DNA of 64,000 nucleotides, from the IMG/VR virus record IMGVR_UViG_3300033153_011579; one strand, 5' to 3'. Below are positions 32,840-41,348 of this stretch, one piece after another. The notes beneath the pieces were generated by a model. That model searched no databases and was not told the origin of the DNA. It saw only the letters and a list, made by a program, of their open reading frames with translations. The DNA comes from a virus. Taxonomy: Duplodnaviria > Heunggongvirae > Uroviricota > Caudoviricetes. The position numbers were made by a program, and so were the translations under genes. Numbering within the stretch: position 1 is the stretch's first letter; the number at the start of each line of letters is the position of its first letter.

Positions 32840-33718
32840 CTACCTCTTGGCCGGCGACACTACAGGAATCGAGCTCCCCTCGCCCGTGGCGATGACCTTG
32901 TCGCCGGGCCCGACGCGTTTATAAAGCGTCTTCTTGGCTTCGATCTCTCGCAGCGCAAGGTACTTGTCGGTGAGCGCGCCCCCCATGATCTTCACGTAGA
33001 CCGCCTCGGACTCCGCCTCGGCCGTCCTGACCGCCTTCATCTTCTCGGCGACCTTCAGCCGGTTGTCGGCCTGGAGCAGCTCCATCGCCTGCTTCGCCTT
33101 CTCCTCGTCGATCTCGATCTCTCGCCGGCGCTTCTTTTCGACGGCCTTGGTGATGACCTCCGGGTAGTCGAAGTTCGAGGTGACGACGCTCACGAGCTGC
33201 ATCGGCGTCCCCTTCAGCGAGGCGTGCAGCTGCTTGTGAATCTCTTTCTGGATCGCGTCCCGGTTTTCTCTGATCTGCGTCGTCGAGTATTTGCTCACGA
33301 TGCCACGCGCGATCGACCGAGCCTCGGGCTTCACGTACACGTTGTACAAGCTCTCGAACCCGAGTGCCGCCGCGTCGTACTCATCCCATCGCTCCATCTT
33401 CGACCCCTGGCGATTCAGGAGCTCCTTGATCGCAGATCCGTCTGCCGAGACCAGCCGCGTCCTCGTCACCAAATTGAACCTGAAGTTCAGGTCGTCCGAG
33501 CACAGGACGCTCATCTTCTCCTCGATGGCGTCCTCCTTCGTGTCGACCAGCTGCATCGAGTCGCGACCCCAGCACCCGTGGTGACCGGGTTGTAACACCT
33601 CGCCCGTCAGCCCTCCCGGGGTCTGTACCATCCCCACCCAGCCCGCAGGAACTACCTCGTTGCAACCGATGACCAAAAACGCCGCCAGGAACATTCCCAA
33701 AACACATGCTGATTTCAT
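32840..33718 (-). CDS. SPFH/Band-7 (stomatin/prohibitin-like) lipoprotein
   Basis: Lipobox LVIGC; SPFH region …KAVEKKRRREIEIDEEKAKQAMELLQADNRLKVAE…; start at 33718 (ATGA overlap, SD AGAGAGG). Confidence 0.6.
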   Translation of the reverse strand: MKSACVLGMFLAAFLVIGCNEVVPAGWVGMVQTPGGLTGEVLQPGHHGCWGRDSMQLVDTKEDAIEEKMSVLCSDDLNFRFNLVTRTRLVSADGSAIKELLNRQGSKMERWDEYDAAALGFESLYNVYVKPEARSIARGIVSKYSTTQIRENRDAIQKEIHKQLHASLKGTPMQLVSVVTSNFDYPEVITKAVEKKRRREIEIDEEKAKQAMELLQADNRLKVAEKMKAVRTAEAESEAVYVKIMGGALTDKYLALREIEAKKTLYKRVGPGDKVIATGEGSSIPVVSPAKR

Positions 33719-34077
33719 TGCCGAGCCTCTCTTTCTTCGGTGGTGAAGTCCACCTTGGAGCCACCGCGAACGCACGCGATGACTTGTTTGAGTTCTGCGA
33801 TCACAAACCGACCGAGACCGATCCTGTCGAGGTCGATGATGAGGGGCGGTGTCGTGTAGCCACGATCGTTGATCCTCACACGGAAGTTAACCCAGTCGCC
33901 GACCTTCACCCTGGTAAACCACCCGCGCACGGCGACCACCTCCCCGCGGAGGGTGTTTGTTTTCTCCGAGAATTTATCTCCGCAGTCGTCGGCGTGGATC
34001 CGCACGATCATCGACTTTCTCGGCATCGACGTGACGATGCCCTTGATGTCCTCCCTCTGAATTTCTCTATCGGCCAT
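33715..34077 (-). CDS. Putative OB-fold NfeD-like partner of the SPFH protein
   Basis: GEVVAVRGWFTRVKVGDWVNFRVRIND beta-rich segment; sits between a membrane protein and the SPFH gene. Confidence 0.35.
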   Translation of the reverse strand: MADREIQREDIKGIVTSMPRKSMIVRIHADDCGDKFSEKTNTLRGEVVAVRGWFTRVKVGDWVNFRVRINDRGYTTPPLIIDLDRIGLGRFVIAELKQVIACVRGGSKVDFTTEEREARQ

Positions 34078-34510
34078 CGTCCCGCTCCTTCGCCCGCTCG
34101 AGCGCGGCTTCGATGTACTCGTTCGCCTGCTGGCGCGCCTCGTCCGGTGGCTCGTCCTGCTGACGAAGATGCTCCGGTTTCTTCGCCTCGCGGTCGGCGG
34201 CGAGCTCCTCGGCCGTTGGCTCGTCTGGTTTTTCGAGGTTGAGCTCGGTGCGCCCCTCCTCGGAGGGAGGCGTGATGTCTGGCGCTATCCCCGCTCCGTG
34301 ACCGAACAGAAGGCCGTGCACGAACAAGCCCTCGATGGTCAGCAACAACGATGCTACGAACAACCACCGGAGCGTCTTCGCGTTCAACACCGGGTAGCCA
34401 GCCTTGATGCGACCCCTGATCCCGAGCGCCAGGAAGAAAGCCGTGATTCCAAACAGGATCGCCACGATGACGATCACCAGCACCTGCATCAGATAGTTCA
34501 GCGAAAGCAT
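34067..34510 (-). CDS. Polytopic membrane protein (147 aa)
   Basis: Three or four hydrophobic helices, acidic C-terminus. Confidence 0.55.
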   Translation of the reverse strand: MLSLNYLMQVLVIVIVAILFGITAFFLALGIRGRIKAGYPVLNAKTLRWLFVASLLLTIEGLFVHGLLFGHGAGIAPDITPPSEEGRTELNLEKPDEPTAEELAADREAKKPEHLRQQDEPPDEARQQANEYIEAALERAKERDDGR

Positions 34511-34520
34511 CAGTTACCTC

Positions 34521-34922
34521 CTATGCCTTGATGATTTTCGAGGTCGGTGCCGAGCCGGCCATCATCACCTGCTCGGCTGCAACCCGGAAGCCGATCTGGA
34601 ACATCTTGGCCGCCTCCACCGGGAAGACGTTGTCGTACGTCGCACCGGTGGCCAGGACGTGCCTCGCAAACTGGTCTCCGCAGATCCGACCGACCAGACC
34701 GATCATGACGTTCTGCTCGAGGCCGCCGCGACACTGGATCCGCATGGTGTCGAAGATCGCATCCTCGATCGCCGGCAGGACGTCTTTCTTGGTGCGGTCG
34801 ATCAGGTTGGGAGTGTCCTTGCCGAGGTAGGAGTTTCCCAGATGCAGGAGGAACACACCCCAGATTTTGGTGAACTCCGTCACCTGCTTTTTGAGGTCTG
34901 CCGGAAAGGTATTAAAAGTCAT
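34521..34922 (-). CDS. Hypothetical protein (133 aa)
   Basis: Start at 34922 (ATGA overlap). Confidence 0.45.
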   Translation of the reverse strand: MTFNTFPADLKKQVTEFTKIWGVFLLHLGNSYLGKDTPNLIDRTKKDVLPAIEDAIFDTMRIQCRGGLEQNVMIGLVGRICGDQFARHVLATGATYDNVFPVEAAKMFQIGFRVAAEQVMMAGSAPTSKIIKA

Positions 34923-35146
34923 CGGGCGTCTCCTTGCCGTCGCGACCTGTCGCGACCCAGCTCCTGGCTGAAGGCGATCGTCCCAGGAATCCACTCCATA
35001 TTTTTGGCGTTCGTTTTTACGATGTTGAAGCAGTCCTGCACGATGCGCGACAGCGACACCTCGTACTTGTCGGCCTGCGCTCGCATCTCATCGAGCAACC
35101 CCTCTGGCAGATAGATCGACTGTTTTCTTTTGTCTAATACGGCCAT
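34919..35146 (-). CDS. Ribbon-helix-helix (CopG-like) regulator
   Basis: KQSIYLPEGLLDEMRAQADKYEVSLSRIVQD; start at ATG 35146. Confidence 0.5.
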   Translation of the reverse strand: MAVLDKRKQSIYLPEGLLDEMRAQADKYEVSLSRIVQDCFNIVKTNAKNMEWIPGTIAFSQELGRDRSRRQGDAR

Positions 35147-35147
35147 G

Positions 35148-35513
35148 TCAGTCACCTCCAAGCTTGAAGAGTGCGTCCATGAACCGCACGCCGGTCGAGA
35201 CGCACTTGAGCACGACCTTCGCTCCGTCCGACGGCAGCGTGTCGACCAGCTCGTCGAGAGCCTTGTAGTTGACACGGCCGGTCGCTGGGTCGAACGCAAT
35301 CTTTACCAGGCGCTCCTGATCCGGGGTCATCCCGGTATGGGTGTTCTTCTCGATGAGCTCGTCGTCTCTGATCGAAAACTCTCGACGAATCTCGGCGAGC
35401 TTCTGGGCCATGCTCGCCACCTCGTTCTCGGCACCCGGAGTCTGACTGTCGACGTGAGCCTTCAGCTTCTGGCAGAGGGCGACCGCCTGCTCTCTATTCA
35501 TCTTCGTCGGCAT
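35148..35513 (-). CDS. Hypothetical protein (121 aa)
   Basis: ORF. Confidence 0.5.
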   Translation of the reverse strand: MPTKMNREQAVALCQKLKAHVDSQTPGAENEVASMAQKLAEIRREFSIRDDELIEKNTHTGMTPDQERLVKIAFDPATGRVNYKALDELVDTLPSDGAKVVLKCVSTGVRFMDALFKLGGD

Positions 35514-35751
35514 CGGCCTCTTCTTCCTCGTCCTCCTCGTCCTTCTCGTCGTCGTCGGCCGGAGCGGAGTCCGAGCTCTCCTCGACGAGGAAGATCAGAG
35601 TCAGCGTGTCCGCCTCGGCGTCCATATGCGGACGCACCGAGCAGTTCTCAGGGATGTCCGAAAATTCTTTCTTCGCCGCGACGATCAGGATGTTGACCAT
35701 CTCTTCGGTGCTGAACTCGACCTCGTTTTGAGATGTTTTTCTACGAATCAT
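35494..35751 (-). CDS. Hypothetical protein with poly-acidic tail
   Basis: Start at internal ATG 35751. Confidence 0.4.
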   Translation of the reverse strand: MIRRKTSQNEVEFSTEEMVNILIVAAKKEFSDIPENCSVRPHMDAEADTLTLIFLVEESSDSAPADDDEKDEEDEEEEADADEDE

Positions 35752-35956
35752 TTTCTGTCTCCTCGGTGATGTCCTCACAGTTTTTCTCGGCCATCTGGCA
35801 GAGAGCACATCTTCTCGCCAACCCGTTTTCCTCGTTCAAGTGAAGCTCGAATAAAAAGCACGACCAGAAGGGAGCGTCGCCACCGCGCCACGGACATTTG
35901 GGGTCGCAGTGCTGCGCTGTCAAGGGGACGATCGGTAGAAGGATCCGCCCCATCAT
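35741..35956 (-). CDS. Small Cys-rich protein (71 aa)
   Basis: MMGRILLPIVPLTAQHCDPKCPW…CALC; ATGATGA overlap. Confidence 0.45.
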   Translation of the reverse strand: MMGRILLPIVPLTAQHCDPKCPWRGGDAPFWSCFLFELHLNEENGLARRCALCQMAEKNCEDITEETENDS

Positions 35957-36152
35957 CAATTGCCCTTGTCCCAGGCGTCCCAGATTTTCTGTGTTTTCTG
36001 AATCACCTCGCCGAGCTCGTCGATGGATTCGATCTCGTCGGGCTCGAGCTGGGACGGCCCGCTGATGAGTTGGAGTTGTGCCAAATGTGCAGCCATCAGG
36101 TTCACGCAGCCGTCGCGAATGAATTTGTTGATCATCGACCGCTTGCTGATCA
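35956..36152 (-). CDS. First gene of the leftward operon (65 aa)
   Basis: SD GAGAGGAAACACC-ATG adjacent to the divergent control region. Confidence 0.45.
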
Positions 36153-36465
36153 TGGTGTTTCCTCTCGCCGCGGAGCCATCTAGCCACACCGTTACCTACA
36201 TGTCAACACAGTGGCAAAAAAACTTAGCACTTGACAGGGTGGGAGAGATGGATACAGTGTGTGCAATGTATTCAGAGGTATCACACTGCACTCGCCACCA
36301 CCACGCAGTTGCTAATAGGTGCTCATATAAAGGATCACCTATTGTTGTAGCACAGGTGTGTGTAGTACGGCATGCTACATGTCCCTACCCACCCCCCCCT
36401 AAAAAACGAAAAAAAACGAGTAGTTTAAAAAAAACGATCACCTCCGGTCACGTTCAAAGGATTTT
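36153..36465. promoter_or_regulatory. Divergent AT-rich control region between the leftward and rightward operons
   Basis: Back-to-back TTGACA boxes (rc at 36203-36208 and + at 36230-36235). Hairpin AATAGGTG-N14-CACCTATT. GTAGCAC/GTAGTAC/GCTAC repeated half-sites. A poly-C/poly-A tract before the 36466 SD. Confidence 0.55.
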
Positions 36466-37026
36466 ATGAAAATGCATGAGCACAATTTCACAGTCCAGTT
36501 GCGCGATAAAGAAGGCGGGGTCCTCGCCGAGGTCATCACCACAGCGACCGCCATGCGCGCTGGTGAGAAAAAACGCCTGCTCGAAGGCGTTCCCGAGCTC
36601 GAGATGAAGCCCCCCGGCAGCCTTTTCGTCGGCGACACCCTCCTGCGAGATCAGGAAGTAGTCGACCACGAGGAAAAATTCGACATCTGGCTCGATGTGA
36701 AAGAGGTGTTCGACAAGGTCGAGGACGACCCCGACCGGCTACCCGGGAAAGTCTGCCACAACTGCTACATCTGGGACCACGCCGAGGGCAAGCGTATTTT
36801 CACGATGCCGACCCACCGGTACGACAACGGGTCCTTTGCGATGTACGAGGAGATCACCAAGGCCGTTTCTGCGAAAAACCACGCGCGGACCTTGACCCCC
36901 GACAACGTCGGCTACTGCTCGAGCCACCTGAAGCTCTGCGCCGAGTCGGGGGTCGCCTGCAAGAACTACGACCCGAAGCCGTGGATCGCTCGATTTCGTA
37001 ACTGGTGGATCAGGGCGTTCAGATAA
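36466..37026 (+). CDS. Hypothetical Cys/His-rich protein, first rightward gene (186 aa)
   Basis: SD AAAGGA; follows the AT-rich control region. Confidence 0.6.
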   Translation: MKMHEHNFTVQLRDKEGGVLAEVITTATAMRAGEKKRLLEGVPELEMKPPGSLFVGDTLLRDQEVVDHEEKFDIWLDVKEVFDKVEDDPDRLPGKVCHNCYIWDHAEGKRIFTMPTHRYDNGSFAMYEEITKAVSAKNHARTLTPDNVGYCSSHLKLCAESGVACKNYDPKPWIARFRNWWIRAFR

Positions 37027-37586
37027 TGACGGACTTCAAAACACGCCGGGGCGACATCCCCGTACGCACCGAGCAGGAGCTGCTCGATGAACACTGGGTC
37101 TGCGCCTTCTGCCACGAAAAAACCCACGGGCCCGACTGCACCCACTGCGGGTCGCCTCGTCAGGACGCCCTGATCGTCGTGCCCGACGGCGAGGTCGGCG
37201 AGGAGCTGATCGAACGTCTTCGCACCAACCGCCGCTGTGGACACTGCGTCTATTTTTCGCACCGCAAAGGCCAGGAAGAGATGAACTCCCCCAGGGAGCA
37301 ACTCTTCCTCAAGCTCATCAAAGAGATGGAGATGCGGGAGGTCGCCGCCAACATGGACTGGAAGCTCGCCGGACTCTGCGAGCAGTGGTCCGGTGGTCAG
37401 GAAGACCTCTTCATCACCTGCGCCAACTCCCCGGCGCGCTGTGCCAAGAAACACCTCGGCGATGTGCCGTACGCCGAGAAAGATCAGAACGTCGAGTGCC
37501 CCGCGTACAAACCCCGCGGTGGCGACGGCAAGGAGATCCGGTCGTATCGCATGGTCAAGAACTCCAGAACGGTGGGGACCGACTGA
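37026..37586 (+). CDS. Zn-binding protein (186 aa)
   Basis: CAFCHEKTHGPDCTHCG, CGHC; TAATG overlap. Confidence 0.55.
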   Translation: MTDFKTRRGDIPVRTEQELLDEHWVCAFCHEKTHGPDCTHCGSPRQDALIVVPDGEVGEELIERLRTNRRCGHCVYFSHRKGQEEMNSPREQLFLKLIKEMEMREVAANMDWKLAGLCEQWSGGQEDLFITCANSPARCAKKHLGDVPYAEKDQNVECPAYKPRGGDGKEIRSYRMVKNSRTVGTD

Positions 37587-37780
37587 TGCCACCCAAATCA
37601 AAGGTCGTGACGTATCCCTGGACGCCGCAAGACGAAGAGCGAATCTCGCGGATCACCCAGGGCCTCGAGAACCACCAGATGAACTTCTTCCCACCTGGAA
37701 AGCTCCCGAGGACGAAGCTCATCTACCTGCTGATCCATCGCGGTATGGAGGCGATCGAAAAGGAGCTCGGTCTTGATTAA
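37586..37780 (+). CDS. Hypothetical protein (64 aa)
   Basis: TGATG overlap; start relocated inside the 37385..37780 ORF. Confidence 0.45.
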   Translation: MPPKSKVVTYPWTPQDEERISRITQGLENHQMNFFPPGKLPRTKLIYLLIHRGMEAIEKELGLD

Positions 37781-38246
37781 TTTGGCATCGCCGCGTCAGG
37801 GTGCTCTGGCCGATCTTCTCTCCACTGGAGAGTTACTCCCGATGGTCCTGGTCGCCCTCGGCCTGGCGATCGTCATCACGTGCACCAGGGCCGGCTACCC
37901 GCTCCGCTTCCTGTGGTGCATGCTCTTCAACTTCCGCTTCACCAGGTGGCTCTGGAACCTCGTGCTCTGCCCTCACTGCTGCTCGTTCTGGACCGGCTTC
38001 GCCGTTGGGTATGCGGTCACGGGTGACTGGATAAAAACCATACAGATCGCCGTCACGGCGTGCGGCGTCATGTACGTGCTCCAGAAGACTTTCTCACGAG
38101 ACCGCATTGTCGCCGCCGACCGTGTCCACGGCGACAGGTGGGTCTTGGATGTTCGCGGCGTAGCGTTTGAACCCCCTGAGGATTTCGAAGAGATCCTCGG
38201 TATAAAAAACGGTTTGAAGGAGACTCCAGATGACGAAGATGGGTAA
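37773..38246 (+). CDS. Polytopic membrane protein (157 aa, probable TTG start)
   Basis: SD AAAAGGAG 7 nt upstream of TTG; three hydrophobic helices. Confidence 0.5.
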   Translation: MINLASPRQGALADLLSTGELLPMVLVALGLAIVITCTRAGYPLRFLWCMLFNFRFTRWLWNLVLCPHCCSFWTGFAVGYAVTGDWIKTIQIAVTACGVMYVLQKTFSRDRIVAADRVHGDRWVLDVRGVAFEPPEDFEEILGIKNGLKETPDDEDG

Positions 38247-40275
38247 ACAACTCGGGGAAGCACTCGAAAAGAGCTTCGACAGAACCATCAGGGATTTCAG
38301 AACCGAGAGCCGGTCCACCGGCACCACGGGCCTCGATGCGCTCGAGCAGCTCGGGAGGGAGTTCGAAACCGTCAGCGTCAACATACATAGGAAAAACGAG
38401 CACGGTAAGTACACCCTGTTCTCTCCACTCGAGGGCGTGGCCGTCGCCGACCTCCTGCAGCAGGGGTACGACGTCTTTTGCAAGAACGAGGGCGGCGAGG
38501 GCGACTACAAGGTGGAGGTTGTCATCCCGGCGAAGGAGCCGGGGAAGCCACCCGTCCGTCGCTGGGAGGGGCCGTTCATCGTGAGCGGCACGCCGCGGCT
38601 CGAGGTCTCCAAGACCGAGATGTCCAAGCAACAGAACAGTTTCGGATTTCCGTTCAACATGATGAGCGGCCTCCCCGCGAACACCGCCGCCGCCGGCAAC
38701 CAGGGAGGAGCTCCCTACGTCCGCGACCTGCTCCAGCAGATGAACAAGTCCTCCGAGAGCCAGAACAACATGGTGCAGCAGATGATGGGCCTCATGATGA
38801 TGAAGGACATGATGCCCGGCGCGGACCAGAAGAAGAACGGCGAGACCGACGCCAATAACCCGGCCGTGCTCGCGCTCCAGACCCAGGTCAGCGAGGTGAC
38901 CCGACGGCTCGACGACGAGCGCCGACGGTCGGAGGACGACCGCCGATCTCGAGATCAGGAAAAGCGTATCGAGGCCGCCGAGCGACGCGCCGAGGAGAAC
39001 CACCGAGAGGTACTCCGCCTGCTCGACAACAACAAGACCACCGAGACCATCGAGCTCATGAAGCTCCAGCGCGACGGCCAGGGCTCCAAGGACGACTCGT
39101 TCCTCAAGCTGATGGCCATGAACCGTGAGGATTCCAACCAGTCCCAGGCGCGGTTCGACGGGCTCATGATGAAGCTGTTCGACAAGCCAGACGGCGTCGA
39201 CCAGAGCTCGAAGGTCATGGGCATGATGATGGAGTCGTCCGTCGCCCAGCTCAACATGATGACCCAGATCGCCGCGAGCGGTCTCGCCGGAGGTTCCGAA
39301 AACCCGTGGATCGACCTCGTCCGCGAAGGGGTCGGCACGGTCAAGGAAGGTTTCAAGGGCGTCCTCGCCATGAAGTACGGCATCGACATGGACGGCGACG
39401 ACGAGGACGGCGAAGATGGCGAAGAGGCCCCGGCCCCCCTCACCCAGCACGTCCCGCCGGCGAAGATCGAAGCGCGGACCGACCCGGAGACCGGAGAGGC
39501 GGTACCGGAAGAAGCACAGACCACCGTCGACCAGCCGGCTCCAGAAGAAGACACCGAGGACGAAATCCCGCAGAGCGCGCTCGACGACGCCGACGAGCTC
39601 AAAAAATACATCCTCACCGACGACGAGCTCACGGGGCTCGCGCAAAACCGGCAGACGCAAAAAATCCTCAAGGCCGTCGAGGAGAAGGACTATCCGCAGG
39701 CCACCGCCCGGATCTTCGAGCGCGTCCGTGGCAAGTCGCCCGTCCACAAGCGCTGGCTCAAAGCCCCCGGCCCGCTCACCGCGCAGATCCTCACGCACTT
39801 CGGGCTCACGCACCACATGTTCGCGATGACCCAGAACCTGATCGACTTCATCGGCCATATGAACGGCGGTGGAAATCCGAACGACTGGTCCGAGAACTAC
39901 AAGCCGGTCAAGGAAAAGAAGGAGAGCAAGATGAAACCCGACAACCCCGCAGCCACCGAGCTGGGCGTGACCATGGGCGAGCGCAAGGAAGGCGAGGACT
40001 ACGACGCGTCGAAGGTTCCCGACGATCCCAAGCTGGCCGAGCTGGCCGAGCAGCAGCGAGCTCTGCGCGAAGAGAAGAACGTGCTCGACCAGATGGAGCA
40101 GATCGAAGAGAACATCGGGTTGCTCAAGGAAGGGAAGATCGACCCGCAGCGCGCGGCGTTCCTGCGCACGGAGAAGAAGCTCCCGGCGTCCGGAGAAGAG
40201 GACGAGGCGCTCAAGGAGATCGCAAAGCTGCGGCACGACATAAAGAAGCAGCAGGCCGAGGAGGGGAGGGCTTAA
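38230..40275 (+). CDS. Large acidic, Met-rich, coiled-coil protein (681 aa)
   Basis: Protein-like composition, Met-rich blocks MMGLMMMKDMMPG and MGMMMESSVAQLNMMTQ, long acidic linker. The antisense 722-aa ORF has artefact composition. Confidence 0.7.
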   Translation: MTKMGKQLGEALEKSFDRTIRDFRTESRSTGTTGLDALEQLGREFETVSVNIHRKNEHGKYTLFSPLEGVAVADLLQQGYDVFCKNEGGEGDYKVEVVIPAKEPGKPPVRRWEGPFIVSGTPRLEVSKTEMSKQQNSFGFPFNMMSGLPANTAAAGNQGGAPYVRDLLQQMNKSSESQNNMVQQMMGLMMMKDMMPGADQKKNGETDANNPAVLALQTQVSEVTRRLDDERRRSEDDRRSRDQEKRIEAAERRAEENHREVLRLLDNNKTTETIELMKLQRDGQGSKDDSFLKLMAMNREDSNQSQARFDGLMMKLFDKPDGVDQSSKVMGMMMESSVAQLNMMTQIAASGLAGGSENPWIDLVREGVGTVKEGFKGVLAMKYGIDMDGDDEDGEDGEEAPAPLTQHVPPAKIEARTDPETGEAVPEEAQTTVDQPAPEEDTEDEIPQSALDDADELKKYILTDDELTGLAQNRQTQKILKAVEEKDYPQATARIFERVRGKSPVHKRWLKAPGPLTAQILTHFGLTHHMFAMTQNLIDFIGHMNGGGNPNDWSENYKPVKEKKESKMKPDNPAATELGVTMGERKEGEDYDASKVPDDPKLAELAEQQRALREEKNVLDQMEQIEENIGLLKEGKIDPQRAAFLRTEKKLPASGEEDEALKEIAKLRHDIKKQQAEEGRA

Positions 40276-40511
40276 TGGTCAACCACCAGGACCTGATGAA
40301 GCAGGCCGAGGCCATCTTCATCTTCTTCGAGCGAGAGGTGGAAAAATACGAGCGCGACCAGGGCGCACAGATGCTGACCGACAAGCCCACCAGAGAGGTG
40401 TGTCGGAAGACGCTGGTCGCCGCCGGGAACTACATCGCGAGAGCTATCGACGACCTCACCAAGATCGACGAGCACGAAGAGCTGCAGAAGAAGCAGCATC
40501 AGGAAGGGTAA
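40275..40511 (+). CDS. Hypothetical protein (78 aa)
   Basis: TAATG overlap; real part of the Arg-rich 39306..40511 ORF. Confidence 0.5.
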   Translation: MVNHQDLMKQAEAIFIFFEREVEKYERDQGAQMLTDKPTREVCRKTLVAAGNYIARAIDDLTKIDEHEELQKKQHQEG

Positions 40512-40512
40512 A

Positions 40513-40872
40513 ATGAAAGTCATCATCCACCCGCTTGGCGAGCGCGTACTCGTCGAGCCGTTCGACCTCGAAGGGGCGACCGCCGCCGGCGTCATCATCC
40601 CGCTCTCCAAGGGCTCCCACAAGCTCGGGAAGATAGTCGCCGTCGGCGACGACCTCGAGCCGTTGTGTGAAGAGACCGAAGCGGAGAGCGAGCTCGACGA
40701 CGACGAGGAGCTCGACCCCGTGAGCTCTTGGGGCCCCCCCCCTGTCGCGGTCGGCGACAGCATCATCTACAACCGCTTCCTCCCGCTCATCCTCCCCACC
40801 GATGATTCGAAAATCGAGAAGCACATGGTTGCGCTCGAGGACATCCAGGGCCGGGTCGAGATCGAAAAGTGA
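40513..40872 (+). CDS. groES-like: GroES-like co-chaperonin (Hsp10 family) with an acidic insert
   Basis: IHPLGERVLVEPFDLEGATAAGVIIPLS…KIVAVGDD…VAVGDSIIYN…IEKHMVALEDI matches the GroES pattern (PLgDRVLV…T.gGI.iP…G.VvAvG). Confidence 0.6.
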   Translation: MKVIIHPLGERVLVEPFDLEGATAAGVIIPLSKGSHKLGKIVAVGDDLEPLCEETEAESELDDDEELDPVSSWGPPPVAVGDSIIYNRFLPLILPTDDSKIEKHMVALEDIQGRVEIEK

Positions 40873-40874
40873 AC

Positions 40875-41207
40875 ATGTTCGAAAAACCGGTGGTCGTCGG
40901 GCCGCTGAGAGAGGAAGAGAAAATGTCAGCAGATAGAACCATCGACGCGGGGAAGGCGCGAGAGGCTGCCAAGGAGATCGGGGGACTCTTCTACGAGACC
41001 AAGGTGCAGACCAAGAAGCAGGCACGTGAGGTCGCACTCAGGATGGCCGATATGCCGATCGACTGGCACGGTATCATCGAGATCGTCGAGGACGGCCTCT
41101 TCGTGCACCACGGCTCACTCGAGACGGTAAAGTTGCTCCAGATTGCCGAGGGTGCCTGGACCGACCAGACGCTGGCCCTCACGTTTGTCGGCAAGCTGTT
41201 CGACTGA
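40875..41207 (+). CDS. Hypothetical protein (110 aa)
   Basis: ATG 40875 just after the GroES-like stop. Confidence 0.5.
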   Translation: MFEKPVVVGPLREEEKMSADRTIDAGKAREAAKEIGGLFYETKVQTKKQAREVALRMADMPIDWHGIIEIVEDGLFVHHGSLETVKLLQIAEGAWTDQTLALTFVGKLFD

Positions 41208-41299
41208 TCCTCAGCGAAAAACACCAATTCACGAAAAAAAAGAAGTCGTCCCAACACCCTGATAATCATGGGCAAACTCCTTAACAAGCCCATGTGTGC

Positions 41300-41348
41300 A
41301 AAAAAACACACTTGACTACAATGTGAGATATAGATTACACCAACACAC
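41300..41348 (+). promoter_or_regulatory. AT-rich intergenic patch with a TTGACT box upstream of the transglutaminase-like gene
   Basis: TTGACTACAATGTGAGATATAGATTACACC; the -10 assignment is ambiguous. Confidence 0.25.

Noticed and set aside
38068-40236. 722-aa ORF on the minus strand
   Set aside because: Antisense to the protein-like 681-aa + strand gene. Its composition (L/V/G/R/H runs) is typical of a non-coding frame in high-GC DNA.
39306-40511. 401-aa Arg-rich + ORF
   Set aside because: Out-of-frame overlap with the 681-aa gene; only its last 78 codons (40275..40511) are a plausible gene.
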